Origin: the human T2T-CHM13v2.0 reference genome, Homo sapiens
Strand: one strand, 5' to 3'
Assembly: GCF_009914755.1 (NCBI RefSeq)
Contig: NC_060927.1
Length of the DNA stretch: 64,000 nucleotides
A model generated the notes under the pieces. That model was not told the origin of the DNA. It did not search any database and saw nothing but the letters and a program-made list of their open reading frames with translations. The translations under genes were made by a program, and so were the position numbers. Position 1 is the stretch's first letter. Every line of letters begins with the position of its first letter. This document shows positions 55,374 through 64,000 of the stretch, piece after piece.

Positions 55374-55897
55374 TGTTGGAGCAAAAGAAGCTTTCTCTCT
55401 GCGTTCTGAATGATAACTGAGTCCGCTGAGATAAACTGACAATAGATCAACTAACAAGAGAAAAGGCACACAAATTCATTAATGTGCAAGCACACAGGAG
55501 CCAAACAAAGTGTGAAACTCAAAGAAGTACCACATGGTTGAAGTTTAAATACCGTCTTCATAGGGGAGAGGGAAGTGGGGGAATGTAGACAATTTCAGAG
55601 GAAGAGTAAATGATTTTTAAGGGAGATGAATGGGTGTAAAGAACAGACAATAGCCCAGGACAGGGAACTGGTATAGTGTCAACTTAGTCTTCCTTCCTGA
55701 GTTAGGCATCAGTTTCCCCTAATTGATGAAATATCTGGAGAAGGGATTCACAACAGTTGAATATCTTCTGGGGGATCTGGCCTTTAGGTAGATAGGAAAC
55801 TTCAGAGAAAACCCTTCTCTGCATTTGCTGCTGCCTAGGTTCTCTCAGTTTGAAGTCTGAAGCAGCATATTTTGAAATATTGTTTTCTGAGCCTCAG
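55374..55897 (-). mobile_element. MER34-like ERV1 solo LTR
   Basis: ataaactgacaatagatcaactaacaagagaaaaggc, agcagcatattttgaaatattgttttctgagcctca. Confidence 0.75.
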
Positions 55898-56377
55898 TAG
55901 GTGAAAACACTCAACCTCAGGCTGTCACAGACTGCTTATTCCTCTCACATGATCATTTCCTAGTTCTCAACACCCATTCTGGTGCTCATCAACACAACTG
56001 AACTGTGCACACTAATCACATTTAAGTTCAGATCCTTTCACTACTGCAGGAAACATAATACCAGTCATGATTTTTTTGTCTTTTTTCTTCACATACATGA
56101 AAATTGATTTTGAAAAAATATTGTATTTGATTATATATATGTGAATATACTTGGAGACCTTTTAAAAAATTGTATAAAGCCTAAACTTTCTTTATGCAAA
56201 AAGCCAAGACTGTTATATTTTCAGATCAGTATTTTCTAGGCTGTTTGAATTCTGTGTTTCCTATCTTGATATTTGACAGCAAAACATAATGTATTATTAT
56301 CAACTGAAGGCTAAATTATCCCTAAAACACTTATTTGCTGGGATCCCTTCTCTTGTCACCTCCTTCTGAGAGGGATA

Positions 56378-56598
56378 ATATGAAATAAATTAATTTTAGC
56401 ATACCTAATAGGGCCAGTAGATTTAAAAATCTGCTGAGTTGCTAGTGAGATGAGGGGCGATATACTGCTCTGGGGAATGTATCAAATTGCATCAATTTAC
56501 CTTCCCCAGAGCAGTGTGTCGCCCGTCATCTCACTATCAACCCAGATTTTTAACTCTACTGGCCCTATTAGGTATGCTAAAATTAATTTATTTCATAT
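56378..56598. repeat. 221-bp near-perfect palindrome (fold-back inverted repeat)
   Basis: 56378-56421 is the exact reverse complement of 56555-56598 (44/44); pairing continues inward to aaattg-cat-caattt (56484-56498). Confidence 0.98.
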
Positions 56599-56829
56599 AA
56601 AGAGTCTTAAACAGTTCAAATTATAATCCTGGAATTCCCCTTATAGATTATATACTTAAAAATAATACAAAATGTGGAGACATGTATCTGCACACAGATA
56701 GTGGCTATTGTGTTATCTGGAATAGTGGAAAATAAGAAGCAATCTGGATGTCCAAAATGAAACAAACAATTGGTTTAAAAATATTATGGTAAAATCTGGT
56801 AACTGACTACTAAAGCACACATCAAAGAA

Positions 56830-56990
56830 ATAATCCTAGCTAGTTGGGAGACCAAGTGGGAGGATCACTTTAGCCCAGGAGTTCAAGATCAGCTGGGGCT
56901 ACACAGTGAGAGACCCCTTTTCAAAAACAAAAACAAAAACAAAAAAACACAAACAAAAAACAAACCAACAAAACAAAACAAAACAAAACA
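56830..56990 (+). mobile_element. FLAM/Alu monomer with (CAAAA)n tail inside old L1ME fragments
   Basis: gggaggatcactttagcccaggagttcaagatcagc...gagacccc then CAAAA(A) repeats. Confidence 0.85.
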
Positions 56991-57116
56991 TTTAATACTT
57001 CAAAGCTTTTATCAACCACATGGGGAAATGTTCTGTGAAAGAGCCAGGGTACAAAATTGTGTATAAACCTAGACTTTAAGTAAGTTTAAAAAAAACAAAA
57101 ACAAAACAACTACTAC

Positions 57117-57119
<3 letters not shown>

Positions 57120-57160
<41 letters not shown>
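57120..57160. repeat. (TA)20 microsatellite
   Basis: Pure run. Confidence 0.97.
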
Positions 57161-57162
<2 letters not shown>

Positions 57163-57952
57163 GCAGATTTTACCTAAAAGGAAATCTGCCAAGGGTAATA
57201 ATGATGGCTTCTGGATGATGAATTCATAGGTAGTATTTTTATTTAGAGTTTTCTATATTTTTATATTTTCTACAGTAAATATAGGCCACTTTGATCACTG
57301 GGAGAAATAGACTGTTTTTATAAGTGCAGTAGCTTCTCCTTTGATTCAGGATTATTCCCCGGAGTTCTGCTCTAGTTGTGATCACATCCGGAACCTTAAG
57401 ATTCCTCTGCTGCCTAATAAACCAGAGAACAGAATGATCTGGACGATTCATCCAGGATTTGGCTTGAGCTGCTGTATTCATCACAGGGTCCTTCTGTTCC
57501 TGAGCAACTATTGTGGGGTTTATGAGCCCTGGAAGGAATAGCAAGTTAGAGCTGGAATTAGCTGCATTCTGGTCACGGTTACACATATGTGGCTTTCATT
57601 GATTTTTATGGGAGATTTGTGCACATAATGGAGAGAGGAATGTCACTGATTTGTTTTAATTTAGCTTGAGCAGTAACCCTTTACTAATGTGACTCCTTCT
57701 ATAAGAGGCAAATCTGCTCTCAATTTTGTTTTTGTTTTTTTTTTAGTCGTGAAAAGCATTGGTTTAGATTTCTATAACCAAGGAAGTACCAGTGGTGACT
57801 TCAGATCAACTTAGGCACTTGCATGTGAGTCATGCTATTATTTGCTTTTCATTGGCTCAAACATCTAATCATCTCAGTTGTAACTTAATAAAACCAAGAT
57901 TTGTGTAGTGTTCCTCCCACCCTTCTCCCTCCAGTTCAGATTATACATTAGA

Positions 57953-58128
57953 CAAGCGTTTCTCAATGTTAGCACTATTGACATTTGGGGATGCATAATC
58001 CTTTGTTGTAGGGGACTGTTCTCTGTGGGATGTTTAGTAACATCCCTGACCTCTATGCTCTGGATGCTAACAGCAGTCCTTTTTTAGACTCCTAGGGGTC
58101 TAAATCGCCCCCAGTTGAGAACTATTGG
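57953..58128. mobile_element. MER20
   Basis: tttctcaatgttagcactattgacatttgggg...aaatcgcccccagttgagaactattg. Confidence 0.88.
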
Positions 58129-59166
58129 ATTAGACAAAGTATAAAGAAAAAGCTAAATAGAATAAAATAATTAAAAATTATGGACATGTTATTAAAATCA
58201 CTAACTCTTCTTGTTTAGGAAATAATTTAATATAGCTAAAGAAATCTGCACACTTTTTAGCAAAATATAATAAAAATACATAAAGTAATAACAAGAAAGA
58301 AAAAAATTGATAAATTTGACTTCATCAAAATTTAAAACTTCTGCTTATCAAATGGCTGTTAAGAAAATGAGTAGACAAGTCACAGATTTGGGGAAAACAT
58401 GTGCAAAACATGCATCTGACAAAGAACTTATGTCCAGAATATATAAAGATCTTCTATAACTCAACAGTAAAAAAAATCCAATGCCAAAAATGAGCAAAAG
58501 ATCTGAACAGACACTTCACAATGGAAGTTATACAAATAGCCAATAAGCATATTAAAAAGTGCTCAACATCATCAGGCATAAGGGAAACAGGTTAAAATGT
58601 AAATGACGTGCCGGAGTGTCTAAAATTAAAATGGCTGACAAAAATGTTGGCAAGGATATAAACAAATGAAACAGCTATAAAGTGGGGGTATAAATTTTAT
58701 ACTCCAAAAGGAACGTTTAGAACAAGGTTTAGTGGTTTCTTATCAGGGTAAACATGCTCGTGTTCTATGAAATGGCAATTAAACTTCTAGATATGTACCC
58801 AAAATATATAAAAATATTGATAAAAATACTTGTATAAGAATGTTCATAGCATTCTGGTTCATTATATTCCAATACCAGAAACAACCCACATGAAGATATC
58901 ATGTGACTTCTATATAAGGCAATCTTGGGATATAAGGGACACATCACTTCTGTTGTTTCCCTGCCCAAAATGCAAATGTTAATTCAATCATAAGGAAGCC
59001 TCAAATAAACACTGATCTGTATGGTTCAAAAATGTCAAGTCACAAACGACAGAGATAGGCCAAGAAAGAAATTCCACAATAAAGGAACCTGAAGTGACAT
59101 GACGCGACCTTAAAGTGCATCCTGGACTGGGAGATAAAAAAATACTAGCTACAAATTACTTTATTT

Positions 59167-59456
59167 AGCCAGGTAGGACGGCTCACACCTGTAATCCCAG
59201 CACTTTGGGAGGGCGAGCCAAGTGGATCCCATGAGCTCAGGAGTTCGAGACCCAGCCTGGTCAGCATGGGAAAGCCATGTCTCTGCAAAAAACACAAATT
59301 AGCTGGGCATGGTGGCTCAAGCCTGAAGTCCCAGCTACTTGGGAGGCTGAGGTGGGAGGATCACTTGAGTCCAGGAGGTCAAGGCTGTAGTGAGCTGAGA
59401 TTGCACCACTTCACTCTAGCCTGGATGATAGAGTGAGAGCCTGTCTCAAAAAAAAA
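59167..59456 (+). mobile_element. AluJ
   Basis: ggctcacacctgtaatcccagcactttgggagg...ggaggtcaaggctgtagtgagc, A tail. Confidence 0.94.
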
Positions 59457-59545
59457 GCACTTTATTCATATAATTTATGATACTTGAATATGAACTACAG
59501 ATTAGAAAATTAAGCATATCATTTCTTTTAAAAATAATGATACTG

Positions 59546-60113
59546 TGTCAATCGAGATAAATGATGAGACAAGTCTCAATCATTTTAGGAAGTTTATTTG
59601 CCAAAGTTAAGGATGTGGTCCTGGAAAACAGGTCTATACCTTTCTTCAAAGATGGTTTTGAGGGCTTCAAATTTAAAGAGGAAAGGGCAGAATATTGAAA
59701 AGTACACAATTTTCATTTAAGAGGCGGGTGGGGAAAAATACATTCATGCCTTTGTCTGGCTCAGTGAATCTGCATTTTACATAAGATGACAAAGGAAAAA
59801 AGGGGCAGGGGAACAATCGGATATGCATTTGTGTCTGGTAGGCAGGGAGAATGACTGCGCTTGTAAGGATAAGCTATCAATTTACATTGCCAGGGTGAAA
59901 TTTTAACAGAAATACCTTAGAGTAAAGATCTTGCATCTCACTGGGAATTTTTTTGTGGGCGAAATATGGAGGACTTATGTAGCTTTTCATCTTGTAGCCA
60001 CCATATTTATGAACCAAAGAGGGGAAGGTAGGTTTGTGTAACCCAGTTCCCAGCTTGACTTTTCCCTTTGGCTTAAATGAGTTTGGGGTCCTAAGATTTA
60101 ATTTCCTTTCACA
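59546..60113 (-). mobile_element. MER4A-like solo LTR
   Basis: gaagtttatttgccaaagttaagga...gatttaatttcctttcaca; perfect TSD actg (59542-59545, 60114-60117). Confidence 0.9.
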
Positions 60114-60447
60114 ACTGTCACGTAAGAAAATTCCATTTTTTGTTGTGGGGAGGAAATATGCGCTGATATATTTAGGGATAAAGAGACATTTCTCCAATTT
60201 ATTCTCAAATGGTTCAGAAAAAATGTTATGCACAAGCACAAATACACATGTATGCAAGAGAGGGGATGATAAATGGGCAAAATAGAAACAACTGGTGAAC
60301 TTGGGTAAACGGTATATTGGATTTTTTTGCAGTATTCCTGCAACTATTCTGTAAGTTTAATAATATCAAGAAAAAGTTTCAAATTAAAGTGAGGAAAATG
60401 ATGCAAAAGATAAATAAGGATAGTGAAGTTGAATTGCCATAAACAGC

Positions 60448-60993
60448 TGTATTTTGGTAATAACAAATTACCTCACATTTTGCAGTTTAAAACAAAACAC
60501 ACATTTATTATTTTAGTTTTCATAGGGCAAGATTCCAGGCGTAGCTTACTTCAGTGTCTCATAAAGTTGCAATCAAGATATTGGCTGCATTTTCATTTGG
60601 AGGCATGACTGGAGAAGAATACACTTTCAAGCTCATTAAGATTGTTGGGGGATTTTATTCCCTTGTGGTTGTATGATTGACAGTCTCAGCTGAAGGCTGT
60701 TCCCAGAGCCCAGAAGGCACCTACAATTCCCCGCCATGTGACCTCTCTATAGGAAGTTTATAATGTGGCTGTTTGTTTCTCCAAAGCTTGCAGAAGAGTG
60801 TCTCACCTGTATGCTTAGAGAGTTTTACATAAGAGAACATGATCAAGGGAGTGATATTTCATGTCTTTTGACATATTCTATAGTTAGAAGCAAGTTATAG
60901 ATGTCTCCCATGCTCCAGGTAAGAGGATTACACATAGGTGTGTAGACCAGAAAATAAGGATTATTGGTGGACATCCTAGGGTTATCTACCACA
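60448..60993 (-). mobile_element. MLT1-type LTR
   Basis: taacaaattacc...tttaaaacaaaacacacatttattat...ctaccaca. Confidence 0.75.
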
Positions 60994-61239
60994 GCATAAA
61001 GTTACTACATCAAATATGATTCATCAAATGATATATGGTTTTTATCTTCAATTTAGACTAAGCTAGAAATGAAAAAATATTTTCTAAGAACTATTAGTGG
61101 TACATATTTGAGAGTAACAATGTTAGATACTGAAGAAAATATTTGTCATTATTTTTGTAACCAGAGTATTTCGAAACTATTTCCTACATTTCAGAAATAT
61201 GTTATTAATCCTACCTTCTAAAGCTGTTTAGTCATAAAT

Positions 61240-61900
61240 GTCTTACATCAAATATGTCTGATTATCTTGCTAGGAAATGGTAGAATTGCACTTTCTTACC
61301 TTTTTTTTGAGTTGTGTATTATCATTTGACTTATAGGTATCATTATTTGACTTGCTTTGGTCAATGAAATGTAGGTGGAAGCTTTAGTAACCCATATGAT
61401 TTGCCATATTCATCTTTACCTTACTCATAATCTTTGAAAAAATCTGTGGCAATTGGGCTTCTGTCAGCCTGGATCCTTGAGTGATTACAACAGGCAGAGC
61501 CTCTAGGCTGACCCAAACTGAACATGTAGTAACAATGAGAGATGAACTTTTGTTATTTTTATTGACTGCTATTTTTGGCTTTTCTTTTGTTATTGCAGCC
61601 TGACCTAGTCTCTCTTGACTGGTATAGACGTTTATAACTAGAATTGTGGAGCTATTTATAAAGCAAACCTAAATTACACAGGATTGGTTTAATGATTAAT
61701 TGAGTGGTGGTAAAAAAGTAAAAGCTGAAAGAACAGTAATGTCATCTTGATCTTGGGAATTGAAATATTTGGTAAAACTCACACCTAGGAAATAGTTTAT
61801 GTGCTTAATGATTATGGGACCAGGGACAGAAGTTAGAAAGCATAGTGTGAGCTCCGTATATTGGTTGCTGTTGGTTGTATTGGCAAGGAGTAGCAAAAAA
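61240..61900 (+). mobile_element. MLT1-type LTR with start of internal sequence
   Basis: tgacttgctttggtcaatgaaatgt, tcagcctggatcct, gttattgcagcctgacctag. Confidence 0.65.
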
Positions 61901-62104
61901 GAGGTGATAGTTTTGATGTGCAAGTTCAGGGACCAGTGCCATTCAGTGTCAGTAGTGCATGCCTCTGTGTGTGTGCCCAGAAGCAGTGGCAGAGGCTTCT
62001 CCCTTGGAATAGTTCCACTCTGTGTTTTGGGAGTCATTTCTGGGTGAGGAACCTTGGAGCCTGAATGTCCAGTTCTCAGAGTTATCTAATATCATCTAAT
62101 TTCA

Positions 62105-62629
62105 ATGAAAAAAAAAAAACCTGGGCTTTTAAATAATTAAAGTTAGTTTTATTCAGTCTTACTGAAGATCGCAACCTGGGAAAGTTTTGGAGAATTTCTG
62201 TTAGACTGCTCCAAAGCAGTGTTTCATGCCACAGCTTATTTAGCAGGAGGTGGATGTTCTGCATGTGCTCAGAAGTTCCATTAAAGCAAAAACGCATCCA
62301 AGTTTGGGTGTGAGAGTGTATCTGCTTATAGATTAAAGAGGTATAGTTGTTAACCCTGTCAGATATTATTTTATATACAGGAAAAGGCAGGGGCTAGGAT
62401 CATTTAACTTATATTTTCTAAAAATATAGTGACTCAGGTAAGCATTATGGGGACCTACACTCTAGCCTGTTTATTGTCTTCAAGGCATTCCTCTGGAGGG
62501 ATGTGCTTAGTCACTGAGTTTGGGGTTTGTGAAGCTATGCTGACAAGCCATATGAGCAAATAGGATTTCTTTAAGGCAAGGGCCAACTATGTGGCTGGCC
62601 AGAAGCAGACATTTGCTACTTGTCTCACA
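62105..62629 (-). mobile_element. ERV1-class LTR (MER67-like)
   Basis: ttaaagttagttttattcagtcttactga, ctgttagactgctccaaagca, ends tgtctcaca. Confidence 0.65.
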
Positions 62630-63879
62630 TAATAAACCTTATTTCTGTTTATACTTGCCTCTCTATATTTTGTTGCTAGCTCTGGAGGATCCTGACTAAT
62701 AAGGAAAGTAATCATATTTTCACATTCATTGAGACATTTTTATTAAGCACTTCCTGTGTGTCGTGCGTGGGGCTAGATCCTGAACTATAACCATGTTTCT
62801 AACAGGCATAAATTTTGACTTCAAGAGGTTTAAATTTTAAAAATTTTTCAGTTCATTGTTGTACAGATTTATGAGTTTATATTAAGGTATATCAATAATA
62901 TATGCCATCGAAGCCAGTCAGCCTCATACTTTCAATTTGAAATACCATTTTCAGAAATAAATGCATATTTTATTACATGACACTATATAATGGTCATATA
63001 AATGAAACTATCTTCCCATTGAATAAAAAACAAAACTGGAAACAAAAGTAACCAAGGAAACATGTCTATCAGGGAGGTTTTTGGTTGTTTGTTTATTTGC
63101 TTTTTTACAGTTTTTAATGCTAACTTTAGTTTACTTTTGTGATACTTATCAGACAATTTTATTCTTTTTCTGGAGTACTGTTTCACCACTCAGTAGTGAA
63201 ACAATGCCTCTTTAAAGTTAGTGCTAATTCTTAAATTTGACACAAGATGCTTCATTTTGAGGAAAGTATTATAAAAACAAAATAGAAAATTGCATCTTTG
63301 AAGTATATCTCCTTTTAGCTGTTTTCTTCATACACTATGAATTTTACTTAAGGAAATGAAAAATTAAGATTGGAGTGCAATCCATCCCTGACTATTTCTA
63401 TAGCAATTGGAAAGTTTATACACAGATGCAAATTATATTTGACAAAATAGGAAGTAACATTTCATTGGAAGCTATGTTCTGCAAACAGCACATGCTTTCT
63501 TGGAGTTTTGACAGAAAACCATTTTTTTTTCCTATAAACATACAGATGTATTTAAGGGATAATTAGCAGAAAATTATGTACCTAAGTTTCTTGTTTAAGT
63601 ATAATTTCAAATTCTTGGAAGCTGGATTTGATAATTAAGATTAATTAATTTCTTAGTAAGGGATGCTTTACCCTAAGAAACACTAACTAATGAATATAAC
63701 TTGTAGACTTGAGAGGTAAACCTTCAATGTGAAGCTCCGTTAGCACATTCCAAATTATTTAGACGGAGGTTTCTAGTCAGAATAGTCTTTGAAAACTGCA
63801 TTTCAAATGGTAGTTGACAATACAGCTTAAGATATCCCGCTTAGGAACATACATAGCAGGGAGGAGGTGCAATAAAGGG

Positions 63880-64000
63880 GCAAGAACACCGTGTGTGGGA
63901 TCAGGAGACCTGGTCCTGCTATTAAATGCCTTTCTTTTTCTCACCTGTAAAAATGAATGAATTGATCTCTAAGGTTCCCTGGAGCTCTAAGTTCTATGAC
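63880..64000 (+). mobile_element. MIR3/MIRc fragment
   Basis: tcaggagacctggtcc...ctcacctgtaaaaatg...gatctctaaggttccctggagctctaagttctatga. Confidence 0.75.

Larger units (their letters stand above)
58200..60385 (+). mobile_element. Old L1MC/ME 3' region interrupted by AluJ and MER4A
   Basis: ttgataaatttgacttcatcaaaatttaaaacttctg (ORF2 end), catcacttctgttgtttccctgcc, cctgcaactattctgtaagttt. Confidence 0.82.

Noticed and set aside
57162-57190. Small hairpin ggcagattt...aaatctgcc beside (TA)20
   Set aside because: 9-bp arms can arise by chance in 64 kb; no other support
57350-57545. Possible exon after ctcctttgattcag with a 66-aa ORF
   Set aside because: No convincing GT donor, no recognisable protein similarity and no partner exons

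Overview
AT-rich primate (human-like) non-coding genomic DNA, intergenic or deep intronic. No protein-coding gene, RNA gene or CpG island can be supported. The listed ORFs are either chance ORFs or decayed L1 ORF2, MaLR-internal and Alu reading frames. Much of the window is interspersed repeats: Alu/FLAM, L1 of several ages, L2, MIR, MER DNA-transposon relics, two THE1-type MaLR proviruses, one old ERV1-class provirus with a decayed tRNA-His primer binding site, and many solo LTRs with readable target-site duplications (TSDs), often nested. I found no evidence of a new multi-gene system. The most unusual unexplained structures are: (1) a 221-bp almost spacer-less palindrome at 56378-56598 whose outer 44 bp are perfect; (2) a 67-bp pre-miRNA-sized hairpin at 31913-31979; (3) a 38-bp inverted, locally templated insertion at 11571-11608 copied from a MER5A about 1.5 kb away; (4) one L1 site apparently hit by two independent retrotranspositions, one with a twin-priming inversion. 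Repeat subfamily names come from recalled consensus sequences, not from a database search.
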